The position numbers and the translations under genes are program-made. From a virus (lineage: Duplodnaviria; Caudoviricetes): DNA of 64,000 nt. The DNA lies in IMG/VR virus record IMGVR_UViG_3300048881_000780; one strand, given 5' to 3'. Positions 19,201 through 28,618 of the stretch are shown one piece after another (within the stretch, counting starts at the first letter, position 1; every line of letters starts with the position of its first letter). Under the pieces are notes generated by a model. It had not been told where the DNA came from, did no database searches, and saw only the letters and a list, made by a program, of their open reading frames with translations.

Positions 19201-21738
19201 TCCGTTTTTCATTTTAAAGCTTTTATTCTTACTAAAGAATTGTCTAAATTCACTACTTGTCTCAAGTGCCACTCTAAATAGATGTAACTCACCTTCTGCC
19301 ATATCAAATTCACTAAAACCTCTTTCAACTTGACTATAAGGCTTTGTAACAGAGTTTGCTTCAGAGTCACTAAAACCTAAAACTCTTAGAACCATTTTAA
19401 TAGCAGATTTTACTTTTAGAGATAGCTCTGTTCCAATGGCCAAAACTTGCTCTTTACCGTAGTATTTAAGATTGAATCTAACTAGTAAATCCCTATTAGA
19501 TGAATCGAAATCAATATCAGGAAGTGAAGGAGCTGTCCCCTCTAGTCCTGACAAACTTAAAAGATCTTTATCCGAATCCTTCATTATAATTGAAACTATC
19601 ATAGAGTTTGAATCATTAGATTTAATATCTTCAGACTTAATTAGTGTCGCCCAATGTGGATTACAATATAAGTAAAATAATTCTTCCTCTAAGCGTTCTT
19701 TAAATTCTGGTTTTTCCAAATATTTTGAAACTTGATCATATATCCATTTATAATTTTCATAATGATAGAATTCAGTATCTTCAACGGCGCTTTTACCATT
19801 TACCTTAAAGTATGAAACACCAATTCTAGCTTTTGAGATAAATCTTTCAAAGATTAAACCACTTTCAAGAGGATTAACGGAGGTAATTCCAAAAGAGTAA
19901 CTAAATAAAGATCCGGCAGCTGACCCTCGACCAGGTCCAGGTAGTTCAAAACATGACTCTAGAAGAAATACATATTCCTCAAATTGCATATAATAATCGA
20001 CAAGTCTAACCTTTCCATTTAATTGAAGCGTATCAAACTCATAAAAGAACTGATCTCTATGGTCTTTTCTTTTTATATCTAATCTACCATATGTAAGTGC
20101 AACCATTAAAGCTGTTAGAGTCTTTGAATTTGGTTTAACGTATGGTAGATCCCCGTCAATATCTCTTAGAATCTTAGTTAAGTAATATTCTTTATTAAAA
20201 AATTCTGCTCTTAACCAATCTATATCTTTTTTTGCCTGTTCTATCTTTAATAGCAATGCACTGGTTTTATTTTCATCAATAAAGTCTGAGATATCAAATT
20301 CAACACCATGAACTGTTTTTTGTTTATTAAGATGTGCTTCTTTAATATCTAAATTTAAGATAAAATAATCTTCATCTTGAAATGAGTCTTGATTACCTGG
20401 AATAGGGAAATTTTTAGAAAATTCTTTTACTTTTTCTATATTAAGAACAAGAGGATTATTTATATAGTGGTTTGCATAATTGATTTCCAGTAATTTAATG
20501 GATCTATCAATTTTAAACCTTTCTACCTTATTCAAGACATTCATAGTGTTGCTACACCACTTCTTAAACATTTCATCAGTGTAAATAGATTTATCTGAAT
20601 CATTCTCTCGGTATAGACGACACATTTTATGGTACATCTCTTCTACGGAGTGTAAGTAGTATGCTTCAGGAAAGTGAAATCCTGCGCTATTTGAAGAATC
20701 CGAAATCATCATCATTTTTTGCTTTTCGTAGTCTTCCTCTCTTGGCATATGAGAATCTTGAGTAACGTAAATATTATCGAGAATATTAAATTTCTTTGAT
20801 AGCTCTATTAGTCGGTTGTTAACATTTTTTTGAGGATTACTCTCTCCTCTGACGTGAGATTTTGTAAACTTATTCCAGTCCCAAGAAAGATCAGAAAATT
20901 GAAGTTCAATATAGAAATCATCACCCAGCTCATCAATAAATCTCTTTAGAAGATCTTCTTCATCTCCAACACCTCTATGAATACTTCTAGCTAGTGGACC
21001 ACCAAAGCAAGCACTTCCGGCCATAACTCCATCTTTAAGTTCAAAAAGCCTAGACATTCTAACTCTAGGACGTAAATAGAAATTACCTGGTAAATGGGCC
21101 TCACTAACCATACGATTAATATTTTGATGGCCTTTTTCATTCTTGGCCATCACAACAAGGTGAGTATATTTATTTGTCTGACAACTAGTACTCTTTTTAG
21201 CAACCTCTAAAGTTAGATCTATGATTTTAGCAATTACTTCATCATCTCGTTCAGAGTCTTCTAACTTAAGTAAGGTTTCCCCAATTTTTTTAGAGTCTTT
21301 TTCAACTTTACTATTTCCAGTAAAATCGACCGTAGCACTAGATACGATAGAATCGAAAATAGATTCATAAAGAGGATTGCTTTTCATTTGATTTAAATAC
21401 GTAAATATTTCTTCAATTTTATTTTGTTGCGCTAAGTTCTCAAGTATTACTTGAGCTCTATCGTCTGCCATGTAAATTTCAGAACCCATAACAACAGGAA
21501 AATCATTGACACCATACTCCAAAAAGGCCTTCTTAATCGCTTTATCACCCTTTTCATTAAATTCTAATTGCTTTAGTTTATAGGCCGCAGCGTAGTGACC
21601 ATGATCAGTTAAACATGCTCCTTTATGGCCTACTTCTAGACACCTTAGAAAATACTGTTTAGGCGTACCTATTCCGTCTAATTTAGAGTAATGAGAGTGT
21701 GCGTGTAAATTTATAAATGGAATATCTTTAAAGTTCAT
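16267..21738 (-). CDS. dnaE: DNA polymerase III alpha subunit (family C), unusually long
   Basis: PHP LHAHSHYSKLDG and LTDHG; GPGRGSAAGSL; PDIDFD; DLLGL; YQEQVM; GYGFNKSHA. Confidence 0.95.
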   Translation of the reverse strand: MNFKDIPFINLHAHSHYSKLDGIGTPKQYFLRCLEVGHKGACLTDHGHYAAAYKLKQLEFNEKGDKAIKKAFLEYGVNDFPVVMGSEIYMADDRAQVILENLAQQNKIEEIFTYLNQMKSNPLYESIFDSIVSSATVDFTGNSKVEKDSKKIGETLLKLEDSERDDEVIAKIIDLTLEVAKKSTSCQTNKYTHLVVMAKNEKGHQNINRMVSEAHLPGNFYLRPRVRMSRLFELKDGVMAGSACFGGPLARSIHRGVGDEEDLLKRFIDELGDDFYIELQFSDLSWDWNKFTKSHVRGESNPQKNVNNRLIELSKKFNILDNIYVTQDSHMPREEDYEKQKMMMISDSSNSAGFHFPEAYYLHSVEEMYHKMCRLYRENDSDKSIYTDEMFKKWCSNTMNVLNKVERFKIDRSIKLLEINYANHYINNPLVLNIEKVKEFSKNFPIPGNQDSFQDEDYFILNLDIKEAHLNKQKTVHGVEFDISDFIDENKTSALLLKIEQAKKDIDWLRAEFFNKEYYLTKILRDIDGDLPYVKPNSKTLTALMVALTYGRLDIKRKDHRDQFFYEFDTLQLNGKVRLVDYYMQFEEYVFLLESCFELPGPGRGSAAGSLFSYSFGITSVNPLESGLIFERFISKARIGVSYFKVNGKSAVEDTEFYHYENYKWIYDQVSKYLEKPEFKERLEEELFYLYCNPHWATLIKSEDIKSNDSNSMIVSIIMKDSDKDLLSLSGLEGTAPSLPDIDFDSSNRDLLVRFNLKYYGKEQVLAIGTELSLKVKSAIKMVLRVLGFSDSEANSVTKPYSQVERGFSEFDMAEGELHLFRVALETSSEFRQFFSKNKSFKMKNGEIVSIQDKVEEVLGIINAYGKHAAAVVPGVSLIDHCPCWFDKDMGIYVTMLDKNDAEYYGLTKNDLLGLSTLEELRDAFLMILERHNVNLFLKMEEIVNGANKEENRPIWETYLKGDTISNFQFNTPINVNMLKRLSNLDYLVFDLSTITSINRPGPMSMGMDNTFIRRKNGVEAVTYLIPEIEEELKETLGIICYQEQVMKIAVNIGGFTPFESDKLRKAMGKKDVNLLAQYGEKFIAGAVSRGINKNKAQELFDLMYAFAGYGFNKSHAFAYACLSYVSAWTRYHYEIEYVAAIFTRSSNKNGEKDKANFKIYQRKWGHLIRPPSVMTSTYRYEIKDDLIYMPLYSLKGVGKKESSKIIENRPYNSFRDFACKNKVYGIVGSGSMEKLIFAGGFDDMFYLENSIGEDKLAMIKENNIDEDLSLELISIIRKSKYSEEEESLYIIEKLENEIALDKKEIDFFLKEINESSNFSKSEFRKKKLCEYFGNYYYRKVSDSVRKKLKASLSVEDFNRAHYQILKDENLLNLQPLEIELLKDKKGGIPTKVVKNHLTKKEMGEYEEKLKDIEILNDMNIVLREVEALGFSSFNFNDHLSPIIRSCVNREFSGARVWGPDEILKMTNPIVEKYDKTLGSVNTILTMFSEESIGKIEACSMLNEVFKNLTNILNFRDIKKGIIEDKAGFFFSLIDRDLSNEILKTLSLMNFRRPKGWFFDKKVNLNLAHVIDSKLRSELSTILGSKLPELDDINSHQEITVPSESFLNLYLFLLILDGGRTGRDALLAIQGKNRENLAFVSSLITRLRINKDNRMSFLEKYKKALNINVEEIKDNFKEIINAKEENLLEKHNMSDIVFTESDQQFLKDQHVISATAFIPDDKRDRGFEYGSGIKRSKCLKYNLVNEESVIKLNIWSADKYIFTNEEEGPIEKTMKNYTPVLFRGTISINFAFNMEVSTSPKGSIRSLFPELSKVSGSFDKLVA

Positions 21739-21739
21739 A

Positions 21740-22147
21740 TTACTTATTATCGTTAAATTCGTTAATTGCTAATGCCGTGGCCTCTAAGCATGAAAAATGA
21801 AGACTATCTCTTTTTGATGTGAAATATTCATTATTAGGAAGTTCATTTTTCCACTCTTTTGTATAATATAGTTGGCATTCATTAGTTTCAGGTTGGAATC
21901 TATTTAGTTTTACATCATGTTTTATATTTAGAAATTCCCAGACAGGCAGGAACGAATCAATCGACTTTCCATAAGGAAGCTCTTCAAAATCAAGGAAACC
22001 ATCTCTATTAAAATTCATTGATTCCTCTAGTACTTTTAAGTCTTTAGAAGGATGCTTACTTCTATCAACCCAGCGAACTCTCCCTAGAATCTCAATAGGT
22101 TCATAATTCATATACATGGCAATGACTTTAATATATTCTTTTTTCAC
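21740..22147 (-). CDS. Hypothetical protein, first gene of the dnaE operon
   Basis: GTG start with AAGGAG RBS; stop 1 bp from the dnaE ATG. Confidence 0.75.
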   Translation of the reverse strand: MKKEYIKVIAMYMNYEPIEILGRVRWVDRSKHPSKDLKVLEESMNFNRDGFLDFEELPYGKSIDSFLPVWEFLNIKHDVKLNRFQPETNECQLYYTKEWKNELPNNEYFTSKRDSLHFSCLEATALAINEFNDNK

Positions 22148-22168
22148 TTAGTCTCCTTTTTACTATTA

Positions 22169-22183
22169 TAACACTGCTTGTTA
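22169..22183. promoter_or_regulatory. Palindromic box overlapping the extended -10 of the dnaE operon
   Basis: TAACAC-TGC-TTGTTA; the minus strand reads GTGTTATAATAGTAAAAAGGAG..GTG. Confidence 0.75.
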
Positions 22184-22285
22184 ACTATATAAAGTTGCAA
22201 AGTATGACTAATATTCAAAAAACACACAAAAACAAATAAGTACTTAATATTACGAAGCACACCTCACGCCATCGGCTTTATTTGT

Positions 22286-22300
22286 TAACACAACTTGTTA
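22286..22300. promoter_or_regulatory. Palindromic box upstream of the dnaB-primase operon
   Basis: TAACAC-AAC-TTGTTA. Confidence 0.7.
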
Positions 22301-22355
22301 AAGTGTCGATAACTACGATATAATTTAACACAACACACTAAACAAAAAGAGAATT

Positions 22356-24443
22356 ATGTCCCAAATTAGATCAAAAGCCCTAGCTCCTGAGTTTCAAAAG
22401 GAAATTATTTCCCTTATTGTCAGCTCAAATAACTTCTCAAATGGTTTTTTTAGTTTAATTAAGGGTGTATCTAATAACGAAATGATTAAGAATCTGAGAA
22501 TTTTCTCAGACCCTACAATTCATGAAATTTATAAACAATTCAGTGAATGCAAGAAAGAGAAAGATTATCACCCTAGTAGAGGTGAATTTATTCAATTTAT
22601 TCACGACAATTTTCATAACGAAAATAGAGATACCTTAGTTCAAAGAATTAACTCTCTATATGAAATGAAGGTTGAGTCAACAAAAGAACACGAGCAAACA
22701 GTACTTAATCTCGTTATTATGGCCAAGGTACTAAACCATTTAAATCATATTCCAGATTTAACTGAATCAAAGAATGCTCAAGAAGATATCCTGAAAATTA
22801 GTGATGATATCGTATCTTTTGCTGAAGATATTAAGAATACAAGTTTTACAAAAGCTAATGTGATTGATGTAACAGACCCATTTTCTCTAATAAAAGAGTA
22901 TGCTGTTACAGCAGGACAAAAAATTCAGCTTGGGCACCCAGATCTTGATGATGCACTTAACGGAGGAATTGGCCGTCAAGAAGTAACAGTTCTTATCTCT
23001 CGAGTTAATGGTGGTAAATCAATACTACTGGTAAATATATGTGCAAATGCACTAAGACAATATCCTGATGAAAATATTGCCTTTGTTGTTATGGAGGGGA
23101 AGAAACTCCAGACACCAATTAGATTAATGAGTAATCTAACAGATATTCCCTATGAGATTCTATCAAATGCTAAAAAAACCATAGATGAAAGCTCTTCAAA
23201 ATCTGACCTAGCAAGGTATTTCAAACAATACTACGGATTCTTTAAGAGTCGCTTCTCACTAGAGAAATTCTTCGAGGCCCATGACCCAAAAGATTTTAAT
23301 AACGACGAATCTTTTTCCAATTGGTGTATGGATAAACTTGATAAGTACGAAAAAGAGTTTGGTCACAGGATATCAATGATTGACTGTACTCAGGACTCAA
23401 GTCTTGAATCTATTCTTCTTAGTATAGAACAAGAATCCAAGAGACTTGGTGGGTTTTCTATCACCTCTATTGATTATGGACAGCTAATTAAAGTAGCAAA
23501 TTTAAAGTTTGCGACTACAGATTTAGAGCTTAAACACATATTTAGAGAATTAGAGAAATTATCTTCTAGAATTTACACATCTTGTATTGTACCAATGCAA
23601 GCAAAAACTGAAGCGATGAGAAAGCTTGAAGATCAAATCGAAAAAGGAACAAGATTTCCATATTACGATATTGCAAGTTGTGCAGACTCTAAAAAGCCAG
23701 CAGATTCTTCTGCAACAGTTCTTGCTTGGACTAGAACAAATGAAGAAAATAAAATGGGAAGAGGTAGAGTAACTGTTGTAAAATCTAGAGAGTCTCGAAC
23801 TGATTTTCAAATCGGATTTATTCCAAGATGGGATATCTGTAAAATTATGACCGATGATATCTATTTCAAAGGTTTTGGTGACGAGAATCAACTACAACAA
23901 TACAAGAATGATCAAGAAGCAACTAGTGATTTCTTTGCATCAAAAAAAGATAACGTAACTCCTTCTACACAAGAGGATGATTCACCTAAAGAAATTATAG
24001 CTAGTGAGTTTATAGAAGCTTCAAACATACTATCAGAACTCTTTTCTCAGTGGGATTATGAGAAAACTACTGAAATTCGTGATCAACTAATTCACCTTTT
24101 ACAAAAAGAAGAAGAGACTATTAAAGAGAGAGTTAAACTCAAATCATTAGATGTTTCTGATGAAAATTTTGATCTATGTGAAGAAAAGATTGAACTGAAT
24201 ATGCAAGAAATTAGTAATATAAGAGAAGAGTTACCTGATATTACTTATAAGCTTGGAAGTAATGATGAAAAAAATGGACCACTAGAGCTGACTCTAAGTT
24301 CAAATGGGCTATTTAAAATCGCATACAAGAAAGCTAAAAAGGCATTAGAGTTCATTTCAGAACAAACCACAGAAAAAGAAATTCTTGAGCTCTTTTGTGA
24401 AATTAACGAAATTGTTTTAAAAATCGAGGCCCTCGATGACTAA
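22356..24443 (+). CDS. dnaB: Replicative DnaB-like (SF4, T4 gp41-like) helicase with long acidic C-terminal extension
   Basis: LDDALNGG, Walker A RVNGGKS, vMEG, IDYGQLI, PMQ, VVKSR arginine finger. Confidence 0.85.
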   Translation: MSQIRSKALAPEFQKEIISLIVSSNNFSNGFFSLIKGVSNNEMIKNLRIFSDPTIHEIYKQFSECKKEKDYHPSRGEFIQFIHDNFHNENRDTLVQRINSLYEMKVESTKEHEQTVLNLVIMAKVLNHLNHIPDLTESKNAQEDILKISDDIVSFAEDIKNTSFTKANVIDVTDPFSLIKEYAVTAGQKIQLGHPDLDDALNGGIGRQEVTVLISRVNGGKSILLVNICANALRQYPDENIAFVVMEGKKLQTPIRLMSNLTDIPYEILSNAKKTIDESSSKSDLARYFKQYYGFFKSRFSLEKFFEAHDPKDFNNDESFSNWCMDKLDKYEKEFGHRISMIDCTQDSSLESILLSIEQESKRLGGFSITSIDYGQLIKVANLKFATTDLELKHIFRELEKLSSRIYTSCIVPMQAKTEAMRKLEDQIEKGTRFPYYDIASCADSKKPADSSATVLAWTRTNEENKMGRGRVTVVKSRESRTDFQIGFIPRWDICKIMTDDIYFKGFGDENQLQQYKNDQEATSDFFASKKDNVTPSTQEDDSPKEIIASEFIEASNILSELFSQWDYEKTTEIRDQLIHLLQKEEETIKERVKLKSLDVSDENFDLCEEKIELNMQEISNIREELPDITYKLGSNDEKNGPLELTLSSNGLFKIAYKKAKKALEFISEQTTEKEILELFCEINEIVLKIEALDD

Positions 24444-26031
24444 AACATACGTTATGAAAATTAAAGTCAAAGATTATCTCGAGAGAAATGATATCGATCC
24501 CTCTCGAGAGAATGCCAAAGGATTTATTCAGACTGATTGTCCTGCATGTGATGGAAAGAAAAAAGTTCACATACTAGTTAGTCCCGATAAGTATTCCGAT
24601 GAGTTGCCATATGGATTTAGTAAGTGTCAAAAAGGATGCTTTATTGGTGGCTTTGAGAAATTCGTTTCCATAGTAGAAGGAATAGAACCCGAAGAGGCCT
24701 GGAAGAAAATATTCACGGTTAAAAATTCAAAAAGTAAGAAGAAATCTCCATATACCCTATCTACTGATAATGAGCAGAAAGTCAGAAAAAAAAGAGAAAT
24801 ACCACCCGTTCTACCTATTGAGATTCCTCACTTAGCAACAAAATTAACAAACGATTCTCCAAGTTTTCAACACAAATTAGCAAGGGCCTTTTTAGTTGGA
24901 AAAAGAGGTGTTAATAGTAGCGATCTCGATAAACTTGAAATCTATGTCATTCCATATGACGCGAAAAGTACTCAAAAAATGATAGCTAATAAGCACAATA
25001 TTGAACTAGCGTCATTACTAGATTTTTATAAAAAAACGAAGACTGAACTTAATCACCTAAAAATATTTAGCGCTGGAGATATAACTGTTAAAAACTCTAA
25101 GGACGTTGATCAATACTTTAAAGTCGATGGAATCTCACTAGCAATTAGAGACTTATATAATCACTACCTTCATCTAAATAGGGCCATTATGACTATCAAG
25201 TACAAGAGGAAGATAGTTGGATTTGTATCTAGAGCAGTAACCGATAAATTTATTGGACCAAAGGTATTAAACTCCTCTGGGCCATTACAAAGCTATTACT
25301 TTTGGAATTATCACAATTTAGTTAAATCCGGCGTAGAAGAGCTTGTTCTATGTGAAGGTATTTTAGATGCCTACCACTGTGGAATTGATAGATCTATGGC
25401 CATTCTTGGTCTAAGCCTAGGAACAGAGGAGAGAACTCTTCTTATTAGTAAATTACTTAAACCAAAGAAGGTTATAGTTTACTTTGACCCTGGCGCAGAA
25501 GATAAGGCATTGGTTTACGCTGAAAATCTATCTAAAGAAGGACTTAACGTAGAAATTACCTTCTTAGATCACTTATGCCACTGGGATTTAGACAGAGAAA
25601 AACAATTTAAAGATTTTCTAGAGATCACTGGTTCTATATCCAAGAAATCAAAAAAGGATACTAATAACTTAAAAGAGATCCCATATGATGATTATATGAG
25701 ACTAAAATGTATTCTATCTTTTTTTAAAAAAGCAAATGACCACGATTTATCAACGGCCAAATCTAAAATTTTAAAAATTCCACAATATAAAGAAATATTT
25801 CCAGAAATTGAAGAGAGCTCTAAAAAACTATATCTACACTTTAAAAGAAACCTAAGTGATGTAGTTGATTTTATCTCCCCTATTTGTGATCTCTCATATA
25901 TCGATGCTGGAGATTTATCTAAAGAAGAAAATACTAAAATAACCAATAACTCCTCTGCGCTTGGAAACCTAGTTGATCTAAAGATTAAGAAGTTAAAAAA
26001 GAGAAGAATTAAATTTGGAGAAAGAAAATGA
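24436..26031 (+). CDS. DNA primase (zinc-binding domain plus TOPRIM), phage-type
   Basis: CPAC...CQKGC zinc ribbon; GFVSR; LCEGILDA; YFDPGA; DAGDL; overlaps the helicase stop. Confidence 0.85.
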   Translation: MTKTYVMKIKVKDYLERNDIDPSRENAKGFIQTDCPACDGKKKVHILVSPDKYSDELPYGFSKCQKGCFIGGFEKFVSIVEGIEPEEAWKKIFTVKNSKSKKKSPYTLSTDNEQKVRKKREIPPVLPIEIPHLATKLTNDSPSFQHKLARAFLVGKRGVNSSDLDKLEIYVIPYDAKSTQKMIANKHNIELASLLDFYKKTKTELNHLKIFSAGDITVKNSKDVDQYFKVDGISLAIRDLYNHYLHLNRAIMTIKYKRKIVGFVSRAVTDKFIGPKVLNSSGPLQSYYFWNYHNLVKSGVEELVLCEGILDAYHCGIDRSMAILGLSLGTEERTLLISKLLKPKKVIVYFDPGAEDKALVYAENLSKEGLNVEITFLDHLCHWDLDREKQFKDFLEITGSISKKSKKDTNNLKEIPYDDYMRLKCILSFFKKANDHDLSTAKSKILKIPQYKEIFPEIEESSKKLYLHFKRNLSDVVDFISPICDLSYIDAGDLSKEENTKITNNSSALGNLVDLKIKKLKKRRIKFGERK

Positions 26032-26354
26032 GCAAAAAGACATTAAAAAACGATGAATTATATAAGACAAATTTAACTAGTCATATCGTTAAGCATAAAG
26101 ATCTAAGGGTTGATCTATGTGAACATTCCTTTTCTCAAAAAAAAGCAAAGAGAGGAAAGATATTTCTCTCCCTTAATTTAGCTCTAGTTACTGAAAAATC
26201 CAGAATTTCTCTAGAAAAGATTAGATCATTTATTCTTACAGAAATAGGGCTGGTCTCTCTAAGTGATCTAGAAGAAATGTTAACAGAAAAGCAGTTTTTA
26301 AACTTAAATAAGAAATTAGCAAAGAAGTACGAATTAGACGTTAAGAAGGACTAA
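26028..26354 (+). CDS. Hypothetical protein
   Basis: ATGA overlap with primase, GGAG RBS. Confidence 0.65.
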   Translation: MSKKTLKNDELYKTNLTSHIVKHKDLRVDLCEHSFSQKKAKRGKIFLSLNLALVTEKSRISLEKIRSFILTEIGLVSLSDLEEMLTEKQFLNLNKKLAKKYELDVKKD

Positions 26355-26357
26355 GTA

Positions 26358-26621
26358 ATGACAAAAGATAAAGAAGAGTGCGTCGCTGGGTGCAATGTAT
26401 TTAACGGTGGAGAAATAAGACACCACGAGAATTGCCCATTCTATCCAGAAAGTCTAACGGAGATGTACGAGAGAAAAGATAGAGATAACGAAACTCTAAT
26501 AAAGGGTATCTCCTATTTGGAGAGTATTAGTAATGACCCCATTCACCCTGATCTTCTCGGGGCGTTTTTGCGAGACTTACTCGACCAAGTTGGAATTAAA
26601 AAGAGGTCAAATAAAAAGTGA
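26358..26621 (+). CDS. Small hypothetical protein with Cys/His cluster (CVAGC...HHENC)
   Basis: AAGGA RBS; possible metal-binding motif. Confidence 0.65.
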   Translation: MTKDKEECVAGCNVFNGGEIRHHENCPFYPESLTEMYERKDRDNETLIKGISYLESISNDPIHPDLLGAFLRDLLDQVGIKKRSNKK

Positions 26622-27049
26622 AAGAATTTATTTTAAAAAATATCAGTTTCTTAATAGGGCTAATTATAGGAGCAGTCATTGGTGTCACAGGGATTGCAAC
26701 TTGTGTATATATTAAAACCTCACAAATGCATTCTACTATCTACATGAAAAAAAGAATCAGCTCTAAGAAAACTCCTTTAAAACTAAAGAGAGTATTATGT
26801 AACGCCCTTATGGTTGATACAGGACTTATTAATTCACAATGTATTATGAATTTTGGATTAAGCTATTTAAGCACTTACCCTGAAACTATTCTACCTTATA
26901 TCACTAGAAAGAATACTCTCAAGAAATTTATTTCAATACCATATCTAAAGAGTGTTCAATTCCTACATAAAGAAAGGTTGATCACCACTGAAGATATAAA
27001 TAATTCTGAATCACTTTCTTATATATTAAACTCACAGGAGATTATATGA
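26618..27049 (+). CDS. Membrane-anchored protein, paralogue family A copy 1
   Basis: One N-terminal TM; aligns by eye with 28619..29053 (LC.A...DT...N.QCI..FGL; LI..ED..NS..LSY). Confidence 0.75.
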   Translation: MKEFILKNISFLIGLIIGAVIGVTGIATCVYIKTSQMHSTIYMKKRISSKKTPLKLKRVLCNALMVDTGLINSQCIMNFGLSYLSTYPETILPYITRKNTLKKFISIPYLKSVQFLHKERLITTEDINNSESLSYILNSQEII

Positions 27050-27625
27050 ATTCATTTATGAACGATCTGGCCACTAAATTAGTATTTGAAAATGCAGGAT
27101 CTTTTGTTGACCCTGAAATAATATTAGGAGTATATACATTTATAGTCGTTGGAAGCTTATTTGGTATATATGTCCTTAGAGTAAAAGTACAAGGAGTCAA
27201 AAATGGAGAGAGCATATCCCCTCAACCTAGGGATCGTTTTATTTTCTTCTCTTTTATTATAGCTTATTCACTAATTGGAATAATTGGAATAATTGATCTT
27301 TTTACTCTTAGATATCCACCTGAAAAGGTACTATGCTTTAATGTTAATTACAGAAATAATCCAAAAACTAGAATTGGTTATTTAAATGACACCCGACGCT
27401 TTGTTAACTTAAGTGATTTACCATCAGGTAATATATCATTCTTTGAACCCAATTCATTCACTCTAAAAGATTATCAAGCTTGTAATAATGAAGAGCTAGA
27501 TTTCATTAAAGAAGTCGATTCAGCAAGAATCAAAGTCTATCAAGACTCAAATTCTATTAAACATTAATTAATAAACTCACAGGAGATTATATGAATTCAT
27601 TTATGAACGATCTGGCCACTAAATT
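27027..27625 (+). repeat. 54-bp exact direct repeat (27027-27080 and 27572-27625) spanning RBS and first codons of two paralogues
   Basis: TAAACTCACAGGAGATTATATGAATTCATTTATGAACGATCTGGCCACTAAATT occurs twice. Confidence 0.92.
27046..27567 (+). CDS. Two-TM membrane protein, paralogue family B copy 1
   Basis: MNSFMNDLATK start; two TMs, then LCF...RIGYL...FVNLSDL...YQAC. Confidence 0.8.
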   Translation: MNSFMNDLATKLVFENAGSFVDPEIILGVYTFIVVGSLFGIYVLRVKVQGVKNGESISPQPRDRFIFFSFIIAYSLIGIIGIIDLFTLRYPPEKVLCFNVNYRNNPKTRIGYLNDTRRFVNLSDLPSGNISFFEPNSFTLKDYQACNNEELDFIKEVDSARIKVYQDSNSIKH

Positions 27626-28127
27626 TGTATTTAATAATACCCCAGGTTTAAGAGACTCTCCGGAAGCAGTCTTAGGGGTGTTCATTTTTTTAATAATCAT
27701 GAGTTTAATGGGTCTCTATACGTTAAGACAATTAGAAGTTAAAGGCCACATTGAAAAATCGTCAAATAACAAAGTTCACTATACTTTCTTTATTGTTGGC
27801 CTAATTTTTTCAAGTCTTGGACTGTTAAGAAACTTAACTCTTGAGTCACCACCAAATAAACTACTTTGTTTTGAGGTCGATTATCAAAAACAAGGTGGGT
27901 ACATAGATTTAAAAAAAAATCAACATACAACAACTAAAACCAACTCAAAGACTAGAGTTGGATATTTAAAGAATATTAGAACTTTTATAGACTTAAACGA
28001 TCTATCTGTAATTAATGTAAATACACCATCTCACATTAAATACCAAGAGTGCACTAATCGTGATCGTAAATTGATTAAAGATGTTATTTCTTCAATTACA
28101 AACTTTAAAAATCTAACTAAGGATTAA
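27591..28127 (+). CDS. Two-TM membrane protein, paralogue family B copy 2
   Basis: Identical N-terminus to copy 1; LCF...RVGYL...FIDLNDL...YQECT. Confidence 0.8.
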   Translation: MNSFMNDLATKFVFNNTPGLRDSPEAVLGVFIFLIIMSLMGLYTLRQLEVKGHIEKSSNNKVHYTFFIVGLIFSSLGLLRNLTLESPPNKLLCFEVDYQKQGGYIDLKKNQHTTTKTNSKTRVGYLKNIRTFIDLNDLSVINVNTPSHIKYQECTNRDRKLIKDVISSITNFKNLTKD

Positions 28128-28129
28128 AA

Positions 28130-28609
28130 ATGGATTTCTTATACAAAGTAAGCCTTGAAACACTTCTAGAACAATTGGGGTATCATCAAAACATCACTAT
28201 TGTTTTCTATTCACTACCCCTATTTATTATTGTCTGGTTAATGTTAAGACAGGCGGAGAATAAAGAAATAAAAATATCTCATATGTTTGTATTTTTTGTT
28301 TCAGCAATGTTTATGATATTTTTTAACACTCAGATTTTTAATCCCGAATTGGAATGTGTTGGCAGTAAAACATTAGAATTTAAAAGGGAATATGGAGAAA
28401 TTAAAGCATTTACATCTAGATATATTGTTCTTTCAAATTCTAAGAGCGGATTAAAACTTATAAACCCTAAAACTAATCAAATAAAATTCAAGAGTAACTC
28501 GGATCAATTTGCTAGCTGTACAGACAAAGAGAGAGAAATACTTGAAAGAATCAAGACTTTTAAAGCTGGAAAAGTTACAGAAATTTCTACAACAAAAGAA
28601 TTTAAGTAA
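28130..28609 (+). CDS. Two-TM membrane protein, divergent family B copy 3
   Basis: Two TMs, LECV...FASCTDKE with the same two-Cys layout. Confidence 0.7.
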   Translation: MDFLYKVSLETLLEQLGYHQNITIVFYSLPLFIIVWLMLRQAENKEIKISHMFVFFVSAMFMIFFNTQIFNPELECVGSKTLEFKREYGEIKAFTSRYIVLSNSKSGLKLINPKTNQIKFKSNSDQFASCTDKEREILERIKTFKAGKVTEISTTKEFK

Positions 28610-28618
28610 AAGGATTTT

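Noticed and set aside
16267-21738. Inteins in DnaE
   Set aside because: The insertions lack recognisable splice-junction (C/S start with HN end) and LAGLIDADG motifs
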